Source: a virus
Length of the DNA: 64,000 bases
Virus record (IMG/VR): IMGVR_UViG_3300044966_000489
Direction: 5' to 3' (one strand)
Shown: in pieces, positions 26,902 to 36,800 of the stretch
How positions within the stretch are numbered: position 1 is the stretch's first letter
Layout: every line of letters begins with the position of its first letter
Notes under the pieces: model-generated
Database searches by the model: none
Told to the model about the DNA's origin: nothing
The model's input: the letters and a program-made list of their open reading frames with translations, nothing else
Position numbers and translations under genes: made by a program

Positions 26902-29456
26902 ATTTTACTAAAGACTTTCAAAAGTATGACCTTGGCTTGCACGGTCTTAGAATGCCTGTCTTTGAAATTGATCAAAGGCATAAGGCTAGGCTTAATCTAG
27001 TCGCCGCTACTTCTAATTATGACTTCTTAAGGAGTCTAGCTAGAGAAGGGTTTTATAAGCTTAATCTTGAAAAAGGTAGCGAGCTTTATAAGAGGTATGT
27101 TGATCGCGTTAATTATGAATTGCAAATTCTGCAAGAGCTAGAGTTCATTGATTACATTATCCTTATTTGGGATGTAATTAACTATTGCAGAGAGAATAAC
27201 ATTCCCACTGGACCGGGAAGAGGATCTTGCGCTGGTTCACTTCTATTATTTCTCATTGACGTAACCAAAATTGACCCCATTAAGTATGAACTGTTCTTTG
27301 AGCGTTTCATCTCTAAAGCTAGAGCAAAGAAAACTGTGATAGAAGGAGTTACATATTTCGATGGCTCCCTATTCCCTGACGTTGACCTAGATATCTGTTA
27401 TTATAATCGCCATAAAGTTATTACTTATCTTGAAGAAAAGTTCAAGGGCAAGACTTCTAAAATCTTAACTCTTAATACTTTAAGTTCAAAACTCTGCATT
27501 AAGGAATCAGGAAAAGTAGTGGCGGAAAAGCAGGAAAGCGAGATGAATGATGTCTCGTCTTATATTCCAAAACTATTCGGACAAGTTAAGAGTCTTGAGG
27601 ATGCGATTACAGAAAGCGAAAAGTTCGCTGAGTGGGCAGGAGATAATGAAGAGGTTTATAAAATCGCCTTAAAACTTCAAAATCTTAACAAGAACAAAGG
27701 CGTTCACCCTTCTGGTCTTTTGCTCGCCCACTCTCCTCTTGAAGAGTCTTGTCCTGTAGAGCTTTCTTCTGATAAGCAGATTGTATCCAGCTATGACATG
27801 AATAATGTTACGGCATACAATATCAAACTTGATTTGCTAGGTTTAAGAGGCGTTTCGGTTGTTGATGACGTTTGTAAATCTCTTGGTATTAGATATGAGG
27901 ACATTGATGTAAATGATGTTTTCATATATCAGCAACTGCAAGATTTCAAACTTCCTCATGGGTTATTCCAAATTGAGGCAGAAACGAACTTTAAAGTCTG
28001 CCAAAAGGTAAAACCAAAAAACCTTGAGCAACTAAGCGGCGTATTGGCTCTTGCTCGCCCCGGCGCACTTCAGTTCATTGATAAGTACGCCAACTATACT
28101 AACAATGATCATTATGAAAGCATCCATCCTTTCTTTGATGACATCTTAGGTGTAACTGGAGGCGTTTGCTTGTATCAAGAACAGTTGATGAAGATGGTGA
28201 GCAAAGTTGGCTTTTCTCTTGACGAAGCAGAAATCGTTCGACGCTGCGTAGGCAAAAAGAAGGTCGAAGAGATGAAAGAATGGGAGCAGAAGATTAAAGA
28301 CAAGATTTCTGAACAAAAGCTTGATCCTAAGATTGGCGAAGTCCTCTGGAGAATTGCTAATGACTCTGCTAATTACCAATTCAATAAATCTCATTCTGTG
28401 GCTTATGCTGCTCTCGCCGCAATCTCAATCTATCTAAAATTCAAATACCCCCAGCAGTTCTTCTTGTCTCTCCTCAAGATGAGCAAGCATGAACCAGATC
28501 CAATTGGAGAAATTTCTAAAATTGAAAAGGAACTTGTGTATTTCAATATTAAACTTCTTCCCCCTCATCTATTAAAATCAAAAGAAGAGTTCTGTATTGA
28601 AGGCGAGAATATTCGTTTTGGACTTCTGTCTGTTAAAGGAATCAGCGAGAAGACTGTCAAAGCTGTTAATGAGTTCAGAAAAGAATTTCAAAACAAGTTC
28701 GACATCTTTGAGACTGCATCTCAAGCCAATCTGAATATTGGAGTCCTTTGCGCCTTGATTCAAGCTGGTGCTTTGGATGGTGACTTCAAGCAGTCTAGAA
28801 GTAAAATAGTATATGAAGCCCAGCTTTGGAACGTCTTAACTAATAAGGAGAAGATTAATGCAAAGCTATTTGGTGAGACTTTTGATTATGACTTAGTTAA
28901 AATCCTTATGCACATGAAGGACAATAAGGATGTTCAAGGCAAACCTTATATTAAAGAATCAAGACTTCAGACCCTGCGAACCAAAGCAGATCCCTATAAA
29001 AAGATCTATGAAATCAATAGCAAGTCAGAGAGTTTTGCTAATTGGTTTTATGAGAATTCTATTATTGGATATAGCGTCAGAAATAAACTGAGAGAAGTTT
29101 TTATTTCAAAGAAAGATGATCTAGTTTACATTAAAGACATCGCGGACTTTGCCGAGAAAGATGAAGTCTCATTTATTGGAGTTATTCAAGAGTGTAAGTC
29201 AGGAGTTTCAAGAGAGAAGAAGACTAGATACTTCAAGATGCAAATCTCAGATGAAACTGCATCAGTCAACGTCATGATCTTCTCTGACAAGATCGATGAT
29301 ATGCAGAATCTGAATAATAGAATGCCAAAAGAAGAAGATATCGTTATCGTTACTGGACAGAAGTTTGGAGACTCTGTATTTGCAAGACTTGTCGCCATTC
29401 AAACTCATACAGTTTACACTAAGCTTTCCCAATTAAAAGCCGAAAAAAATAATTGA
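26898..29456 (+). CDS. dnaE: DNA polymerase III alpha, catalytic core plus OB fold (lacks PHP)
   Basis: GPGRGSCAGSL, FERF, PDVDLD, KLDLLGL, YQEQLM, FNKSHSVAY, IRFGL..VKG; start placed at MNFTK. Confidence 0.93.
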   Translation: MNFTKDFQKYDLGLHGLRMPVFEIDQRHKARLNLVAATSNYDFLRSLAREGFYKLNLEKGSELYKRYVDRVNYELQILQELEFIDYIILIWDVINYCRENNIPTGPGRGSCAGSLLLFLIDVTKIDPIKYELFFERFISKARAKKTVIEGVTYFDGSLFPDVDLDICYYNRHKVITYLEEKFKGKTSKILTLNTLSSKLCIKESGKVVAEKQESEMNDVSSYIPKLFGQVKSLEDAITESEKFAEWAGDNEEVYKIALKLQNLNKNKGVHPSGLLLAHSPLEESCPVELSSDKQIVSSYDMNNVTAYNIKLDLLGLRGVSVVDDVCKSLGIRYEDIDVNDVFIYQQLQDFKLPHGLFQIEAETNFKVCQKVKPKNLEQLSGVLALARPGALQFIDKYANYTNNDHYESIHPFFDDILGVTGGVCLYQEQLMKMVSKVGFSLDEAEIVRRCVGKKKVEEMKEWEQKIKDKISEQKLDPKIGEVLWRIANDSANYQFNKSHSVAYAALAAISIYLKFKYPQQFFLSLLKMSKHEPDPIGEISKIEKELVYFNIKLLPPHLLKSKEEFCIEGENIRFGLLSVKGISEKTVKAVNEFRKEFQNKFDIFETASQANLNIGVLCALIQAGALDGDFKQSRSKIVYEAQLWNVLTNKEKINAKLFGETFDYDLVKILMHMKDNKDVQGKPYIKESRLQTLRTKADPYKKIYEINSKSESFANWFYENSIIGYSVRNKLREVFISKKDDLVYIKDIADFAEKDEVSFIGVIQECKSGVSREKKTRYFKMQISDETASVNVMIFSDKIDDMQNLNNRMPKEEDIVIVTGQKFGDSVFARLVAIQTHTVYTKLSQLKAEKNN

Positions 29457-29490
29457 TAAATCACGTTTTTTCAGGCAAAATAATGTCTGA

Positions 29491-30075
29491 ATGAACCTAC
29501 AATTTTATAAGGGAAATGCAAAAGTAACTGGAACCGCTTGCTCTTTTCAAACGAAGGATACCTCTTTGTTTGTTAATTTTATCAAGCAGCACTCTTGGAA
29601 CGAAGCCAAGAAGCTTGGGTCTTTTCGTGAGAACGCAAAGAACCCAGAGAAGACTACTGTATTAAAGTTTAATGCAGTCGAAGCAGCAGGTATCGTAGAT
29701 GCAATCAACAGAAATGCTGAGTACAAGTTCTATCATACCGCTCCTAACTCAAATGCAATGGGCAAATTCTGCCCGTATCTCAGAGACAATAATCAGATTG
29801 GATTTTCTTTCAATGCCTCAAAGGAGCAAAAGGGAGATTCAGTTAATAAGGTTAGCTTTTTGATTGGCTTCACTTTTGCAGAAGCAATTCTCGTCAAAGA
29901 GTTCTTGCAAGAGTTTATCAGAAACTCTTTCTATGCTCAAGACAAAGCCGCTTCAGCCCCAAAGGAGGCTCAAGAAGAGGAAGCCCCAAAGAAGCCAGCT
30001 TATAATAAAATTCAACTAAATCAAACTGCTGCCCAAACTGAAGCAGAGGCTCAAGCAGAAGAACTCGTATTCTAA
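29491..30075 (+). CDS. Hypothetical protein, possible ssDNA-binding protein
   Basis: Located after dnaE; beta-rich aromatic core with an acidic tail ending EAQAEELVF. Confidence 0.5.
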   Translation: MNLQFYKGNAKVTGTACSFQTKDTSLFVNFIKQHSWNEAKKLGSFRENAKNPEKTTVLKFNAVEAAGIVDAINRNAEYKFYHTAPNSNAMGKFCPYLRDNNQIGFSFNASKEQKGDSVNKVSFLIGFTFAEAILVKEFLQEFIRNSFYAQDKAASAPKEAQEEEAPKKPAYNKIQLNQTAAQTEAEAQAEELVF

Positions 30076-31982
30076 TGCGAAAGAAAAAGATAGTAATTCA
30101 AACGGATTGGTGCCTCGCTAAAACTGGATTCGGTAGGGCAGCGAAGGAACTAGTCTCTTACCTGTATAACACTGGTAAGTATGATATTATCCATTACTGC
30201 GGGGGAACCCAAGTGGGTTCTCCCGCTTTATCCAAGACTCCTTGGAAGAGTCTTGGAAGTGTCCCTACCGATCCCAATGAGATCAATAGGATAAATGCTG
30301 ATCCCGCCCTCGCTAGAGATGTATCCTATGGATCTTATTATATTGATCAAGTAATCAAGGAAGAGAAGCCTGATATTTGGATTGGAGCGCAAGATCCTTG
30401 GGCTTTCACTCAATACTATAATAAACACTGGTATAAGAATATCACTTCTCTTCTTTGGGTTACCCTTGATTCTCTTCCGATCTATGATGAAGCAATAAAT
30501 CAAGCAAAAAAGTCTTCTCAATACTGGATCTGGAGTGAGTTTGCTACAAAAGAAATGCATAAAATTGGCATCAATAATGCCAGAACCATGCATGGTCCAG
30601 TAAATCATTCTAAATTTAGTTATTTGGGAGCCGAGAAAAAGAAGCAACTTAAGGCACGTTTTGGTCTTAGTGATTCTTTTATTGTCGGTTTCGTATTTAG
30701 AAATCAACTTCGCAAGTCTGTACCTAACCTGTTAGAAGGTTTTAGAGACTTTACTAAAAATCATCCCGATGTAAAAAACGCAAAGCTATTACTCCATACT
30801 CATTGGGGCGAAGGCTGGGATATTCATAAGCTTGCAGACGAATATCAAATAGATAAAAAAGATATCTATACGACTTATGTTTGCAATAAATGTAAAAATT
30901 ACTTCATTACGCCTTTTCAAGGCCAAGAATTAAAGTGTCCATCTTGTAATTCTGATAAAAGCTGTTCTACAACAAATACTGGATTTGGTGTAACCGAAGA
31001 ACAGTTGTGTGAGGTTTATAATTTGATGGATGTTTATTGTCATCCGTTTACTAGCGGCGGACAAGAGATTCCAATCCAAGAAGCAAAATATTGTGAGCTT
31101 GTAACTTTAGTAACTAACTATAGTTGCGGAGAAGATATGTGTCACCCTGATGCTGCTTCTATTGCTCTTGAATGGTCAGAGTATAGAGAGCATGGCACTC
31201 AGTTTAGAAAAGCTTCTACTTATCCTCAGTCTATAGCAAAACAGTTGTATCATGTCTACAAGATGCCAGAGTCTGAAAAGAGACAAATGGGTCAAAAGGC
31301 TAGAAAATGGGCTATAGAAAACTATTCTGTTCCTGTTATTGGAAAGATGTTCGAACAGTATATCGACTCTATTCCTTTCACATCTTATGACTTCTCCTTG
31401 AAGGAAGAAGAAAAAGACCCTAATGCCAGCGTCCCAAATATTACCGATAATGGAGAATGGCTAATCTTCATGTATCATAATATTCTGAAGATGAAGCAGG
31501 TCAATCAGAATGATGATGGATACAAGCATTGGATGAAAAAACTTTCTGAAGGAGAAAGCCGCCAGAATGTTGAAAACTATTTCCGCCAAGTAGCCGCACA
31601 AGAAAATCAAAAAAATAGGAAAATTGATTTTGAAGAAATTCTAGATCCTAATGACAAAGGAAAGAGAATTCTTTTTGTAATGCCAGAAAGCATTGGAGAT
31701 ATTTATCTCTGTACCGCTCTTCTTGAGTCAATAAAAGAAACCTATCCTGACCATAATCTATACTTCGCCACTAAGAAAGATTATTTCTCTATCATCGAAG
31801 GTAATCCTTATGTCCATAGAATTATAGAATATATTCCTCAAATGGATAGCTTGCTGTGGCTAGAAGGATATGGAGACCATCAGGGGTATTTTGAAATAGC
31901 TTTCTTGCCTCACATAGGTACTCAAAAAATGCTAAACTATCTTCATAACGGCAAAGACAAGATCGCATTCGATATTAAATAA
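30075..31982 (+). CDS. GT4 glycosyltransferase with zinc ribbon, fused to a GT9-like N-terminal segment
   Basis: TGFGR, FRNQLRK, SGGQEIPIQEA; CNKC..CPSC; C-terminal SIGDIYL..IKETYPD..GNPYV. Confidence 0.8.
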   Translation: MRKKKIVIQTDWCLAKTGFGRAAKELVSYLYNTGKYDIIHYCGGTQVGSPALSKTPWKSLGSVPTDPNEINRINADPALARDVSYGSYYIDQVIKEEKPDIWIGAQDPWAFTQYYNKHWYKNITSLLWVTLDSLPIYDEAINQAKKSSQYWIWSEFATKEMHKIGINNARTMHGPVNHSKFSYLGAEKKKQLKARFGLSDSFIVGFVFRNQLRKSVPNLLEGFRDFTKNHPDVKNAKLLLHTHWGEGWDIHKLADEYQIDKKDIYTTYVCNKCKNYFITPFQGQELKCPSCNSDKSCSTTNTGFGVTEEQLCEVYNLMDVYCHPFTSGGQEIPIQEAKYCELVTLVTNYSCGEDMCHPDAASIALEWSEYREHGTQFRKASTYPQSIAKQLYHVYKMPESEKRQMGQKARKWAIENYSVPVIGKMFEQYIDSIPFTSYDFSLKEEEKDPNASVPNITDNGEWLIFMYHNILKMKQVNQNDDGYKHWMKKLSEGESRQNVENYFRQVAAQENQKNRKIDFEEILDPNDKGKRILFVMPESIGDIYLCTALLESIKETYPDHNLYFATKKDYFSIIEGNPYVHRIIEYIPQMDSLLWLEGYGDHQGYFEIAFLPHIGTQKMLNYLHNGKDKIAFDIK

Positions 31983-31983
31983 T

Positions 31984-33156
31984 ATGCACCTTTTAGAGCA
32001 ATATTCTCTAGCTTCTGGAGTTAAGATTAAGAAGCCTTATATCTACGAAAAATTTTTTCCTGTTACCGCTGACAAATATATCACTTTTCATCCAAGCTCT
32101 AAGCCTTCAAAGACTTATGATTATTGGCAGGAAGTAGTTAATCTTATTTTTCCTATTCTAAATGAAAAAGGAATAAAAATTATCCAGCTTGGACAAGACA
32201 AAGAAAAGGTTTACAGCAATGTTCTAAGTTTTGTTGGATTAACTAATATTAATCAAACAGCTTTCGTTCTAAAAGACTCACTTCTTCATTTTGGAGCAGA
32301 TAGCTTCCCTACTCATATTGCTTCTGGTTATGGTAAAAAGATTGTAGCATTGTATTCCAATAACTACATCAATTGCGTGAAGCCTTTCTTCGGAGACCCT
32401 AAAGACCATATTTTGCTTGAGCCGAAGAGGACTAACAAGCCAACGTTTTCTTTTGAGGAGAATCCCAAAACAATCAATTCAATAAAGCCAGAGCATATTG
32501 CTAATAGTATTCTAAAATTACTAGGCATCCCTCATAACAACTCTATCCAAACTCTTTATTTCGGCACCGAATACAATAACATGAGATTAGAAATGGTGCC
32601 TAATCAAATTGTAAACCCAAAACAGTTTAATTCTAATAATATTGTTGTTAGAATGGACTTGGAGCATAACGAGAAATTCCTCAACGAACAGCTTCAAGTT
32701 TGTCAATGCTTTATAATCACAGACAAACCTATTGATCCAAATATTATTATTAATAATAAAAATAATATTGGAAGAATTTTTTACGAAATTAAAGAAAACA
32801 ACAACATAGGATTTGCAGACTTTTTAGCATCTAGTAATATTTCTTATCAATTGTTTACTTATTTAGAAGGCAAGGAATTAGAAGAAATTAAACTTAAATA
32901 CCTTGAACAAGAGCATATTACTCAAATGCCAATTAATCTAAAAAAGAAAACTGGCATCGAATATACTTCCAACGCTTTCTATAAATCAAACAAGAGATTA
33001 ATTAGTAATGGCAAAGTTTACTTGAGTGAATCTTCTTTAAAAAATGGAATTGAAGCAAAGCAGCTTGCTGAACCCGTTATCGACTGTCCAGAGTTCTGGA
33101 AAGAGGTTGAGAATTTCTGGATTTTTAGAGTTGATAAGTCCGCAGTTTCGGCATAG
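31984..33156 (+). CDS. GT9-like glycosyltransferase domain plus unknown C-terminal domain
   Basis: YITFHP..K.YDYWQEV, IIQLG, HFGADSFPTHIA. Confidence 0.7.
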   Translation: MHLLEQYSLASGVKIKKPYIYEKFFPVTADKYITFHPSSKPSKTYDYWQEVVNLIFPILNEKGIKIIQLGQDKEKVYSNVLSFVGLTNINQTAFVLKDSLLHFGADSFPTHIASGYGKKIVALYSNNYINCVKPFFGDPKDHILLEPKRTNKPTFSFEENPKTINSIKPEHIANSILKLLGIPHNNSIQTLYFGTEYNNMRLEMVPNQIVNPKQFNSNNIVVRMDLEHNEKFLNEQLQVCQCFIITDKPIDPNIIINNKNNIGRIFYEIKENNNIGFADFLASSNISYQLFTYLEGKELEEIKLKYLEQEHITQMPINLKKKTGIEYTSNAFYKSNKRLISNGKVYLSESSLKNGIEAKQLAEPVIDCPEFWKEVENFWIFRVDKSAVSA

Positions 33157-33159
33157 TAT
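33131..33159 (+). promoter_or_regulatory. Sigma70-type promoter, leaderless arrangement
   Basis: TTGATA-N17-TAGTAT, 6 nt before GTG 33166. Confidence 0.6.
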
Positions 33160-33165
33160 ATCTAT

Positions 33166-33864
33166 GTGAATACTGTAAAGAAACTTGTTCGTTCCTCTGA
33201 AGGTCTCATTGAAGGTGTAGAATATCACTTTAATGATGACGGTTCTATTAACTGGCGAAAAATGATCAAGCCAGAATTCCTTGTTCCAAACAGGGATAAG
33301 ACCAATGAAACTGATGTTACTAAGCTAGAAGATAAAGATCTACTCATCCTTCTAGCTGGAATTAAATATGTAGCACAACTTAGAGGATTTCACTCTGTTG
33401 ATTACACCGTAACCTCTCCAAGTTCAGACTATGTAGTAGCAGTTTGTAAAATAGACTGGATTTCAAACTATGAAACAGAAGGAAATTGCATTACATTTTC
33501 TTCTATTGGAGATGCTTCTCCCGGTAACACTAAGGACTTTGCTCGTCATTTCTTGGGTCCAATTGCCGAAAATAGAGCGTTTATTCGCTGCGTCCGAAAC
33601 TTCTTAAAGATCAACATCGTTGGTCAAGATGAAATTGGCAAGTCGAAGAACAATGTTGTTGATGATTCCGCCGAGTCTTCAGCCATCTTTGAGCCTCATG
33701 CTATTCTTGAAAAAGTAATGAAAGAGAAGAGCGTTACTTTTACGAAGCTTAAAGAAAAATTGATTAAAGAAAACTATACTAACGCTGATTCTCTTATGTC
33801 AATAGCTGACATTCCAAAGATTAAAATCTTTGAATTGATTGAAAGAATTCAAAAGCTTAAGTAA
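33166..33864 (+). CDS. Putative Rad52/Sak-like ssDNA annealing protein
   Basis: LAGI..AQ.RG, SIGDAS..N, IAENRAFIRCVR resemble the AExRA helix of phage annealases. Confidence 0.45.
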   Translation: MNTVKKLVRSSEGLIEGVEYHFNDDGSINWRKMIKPEFLVPNRDKTNETDVTKLEDKDLLILLAGIKYVAQLRGFHSVDYTVTSPSSDYVVAVCKIDWISNYETEGNCITFSSIGDASPGNTKDFARHFLGPIAENRAFIRCVRNFLKINIVGQDEIGKSKNNVVDDSAESSAIFEPHAILEKVMKEKSVTFTKLKEKLIKENYTNADSLMSIADIPKIKIFELIERIQKLK

Positions 33865-36800
33865 TTAAGAAACTCCGATTCCGGGCGAGCTAGAACCTGC
33901 TCCTACTGAACCTGCAAATATTTTACTTGAAGAGCTTACTGTTCCTAATCCTTTAAATAGAGAAGCTTCTGAATTAATAGTTTCAATTCTAAGTTTTAAG
34001 TATTTAGAGTCAATTGGATCATTTGCAATGACGTAATCTCCAGACGGAGGAATATTGGTAGAAAAATCTACTCTTAAATATTTTCCATTCTTGGAAGGTT
34101 TAGTTGTGGTAAGCATAAACCTCTTTCCGTTATACCCAGTGGGATAAAGGATTGAGGTTTTTAATTGTAAATCCATGCTATTAAAATCAGCATCGTCATT
34201 AGAATAAATCTCATCATATCTAAGTGTTAAATTATTTTTACCAACATATTGATTACCCGTTAAAATAATATCAGCTATTCTTGCGAAGTTATTTGGATTT
34301 TGAATAGTTAAAAATGGCTGATCTGTTGTTTCATAAACTGCTCCATAGTTAGCTAATCTCATGTCTAGTTTTTCACCAACCACGAAACCGTTATCCAATG
34401 GAAACGTAACTGACGGGCTATAATAAGCATAGTATTTAGAACCATCTCCACTTTGTGCAGCAAAGTTGTTTCCAGAAAAAATTAAGTTCGCAGGTGGATT
34501 TTTTAATATAAACCCAGAAGAAGGATTTGATACTATAGCGTTATTGCCTTGCCAGAAATTTGGAGTAGAAGAAGTTGGATTAAATATTATATCTACTCCT
34601 GTAACTTGACCAACATATGGAGGCATGAAAGAAACTAAAGCGTTTGCAGTTGGAACTCCTGCTCCTCCATCTGTAAAGCCTATTGATATTGCAGATGATG
34701 CATAACCAGCACCTCCACTAATAATACTGTATCCAGTAATATTTCCGCCAGCAGAATTAAAGAAATTTATCTTTGCCTGTTTTTTATTAAATTGGAAGAC
34801 TGTTGGGAAATTTTCTACTAGCACTCCATTTACTTTTGTAAAAAAGTTAACACCAGTCAAATACCTAACTCCTTCACCATTGAAAGTAATAACAGAGCCA
34901 TCCCATCCGCTAACCTGAGTTGTTCCATCTAGTCTATATGTTAAGTTATTGTTTAGATAAGCGTCATTGATTGAGATGAATGGAATATAATTAAAATTAC
35001 CAGTAACAGGATACTCTTCTCCTAAATAAGTTTGGAGATAGAACATTCCAGAGATTGGCCTTATGTCTTCTACGTCTTTGCCATGTAAATTCTTTCCTGC
35101 CATTGATGGAGGATAGAATTTTAACTGACCATAATCTTTATAAATAACACTACTATTTAAGTCTCTAGAATCAGTTACTACTGTTATTCCTGATTTATAA
35201 TTAACTGCTAAATAAGGGAAAGACGTAGCTATTGCTCCAGAAGCTCCTCTAGCAAGAGTACCAACTCCCTCAAATTTAATTCCTGTTACATAATTAAGAT
35301 TTTCTCCAGTTAAAGTAATTAGTGATCTATATGTACCTGTTAGAATGTTTAAAGATGAAGTAGAAATAGATGGAGCTTTAATTGTGATAGTTTTGTACAT
35401 GTTATCTGCATCAAAGCTATTTCTTTGGAAAAATATCTGACCACTTCCAACATATCCATCTAAAGTTATGTAACTATTTGAACTTACTGTGGTTCCAATG
35501 CCAATCGTATCTGAACCACTGAGTAGCAATCCTAAGTCAGGTATTTGAGAAGAAACGTCTGATACAATATTTAAATTTCCAGAAAGAATAGAGTATCCAG
35601 TATAAGGTTGAGCTAATCCAGAAAGGGTAGAGATGTCAGCAACTGACATTGCTTGAGAAATTAAATACTGACCTGTTTTATTTGTTAGATTATTAAATCC
35701 ACTAATGTAAAGGTCTCTTGTTTGAAAATTATGAGCATTGATTCCTGTAACTAATATAATATCTCTAGTTCTATAAGTATCAGTATTTGAACCAGAAACA
35801 GTTGTGCTTGGATTAAATGAAGGAGAAAATCCTTTTATTTCAACAGTGGTGCCTGAATTAAAAAATCTAAAAACCCCTTTCTTTACATCTCTCGGCACTC
35901 TTATCAAAGCTCCAGTTGAAGTAGGAGCTACAACATGAGGATATTTTATTATTTCATTATTAAATCCAACGCCATAAAAATCAAGACTACTTAAATTACT
36001 ACCAGACAGAGTTATTGAATCATTAAAATAAGCAGAGTTTGGAGTTATTTTTGAGATAATAGGGTTAATAAAAGTTAAAGAATCTGTCGTAGTTACTCTT
36101 GTACTACCATTAACAACTATTGGACCATCTGTAATATCATAAACTTGAGGAATGAAAAAGCTTAATCCGCTAATGCTTTGCCTTCTAAAAGCTGTAATTA
36201 CCTTGTAAGCACCATCTTGTCTGCCTAGTTCTATAGAAGTAACTGTATTTAAAAATTTTCCAGATAGGGTAATTAAAGTATTTGCGACCCCAGTTATTGG
36301 AGAAAATCCATCTACAACAAGAGTTCCGCTCGCTATAGGCAAACCACTTGGATAAGTATAATTATAGTAATTAGAATTGATAGAAAGAGAATCGCCGCTT
36401 TGAGCAAAATCAGGAACAGTAAATACTATTCTTTGAGAAAACTCTGAACCATCTTGAGATATAGTATAATTGCTAACAGGATAACTTCCTATGTTAATTG
36501 AACCTACATAGTAGATGTCGCTTCCGTATCCAGTTGCTGGCTGACCTTGGGTTAATAATGCGGGATATATTCCTGTTATTGTTGGAGTTTTAAGGAATGT
36601 GAATTGTTTATCAAACCCACCAGTAATTCTAGAATATGTGTTATCTAATACTAAATTAGTTTTTCTAGTTGAAGATAAGTTAGGAGTATTAAGACTTAAA
36701 TAACCGAAAGTCCTAACGTTATCATCTATTAAGTCAGCATTTGCATGAATTAAAACCTCTGTATTTGAATTATTTCTGGCTCTCCTAATAGGAGCAAAAT

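Noticed and set aside
25514-29456. Split intein joining the DnaE pieces
   Set aside because: No intein N-terminal block or terminal HN-C/S/T motif at the ORF ends
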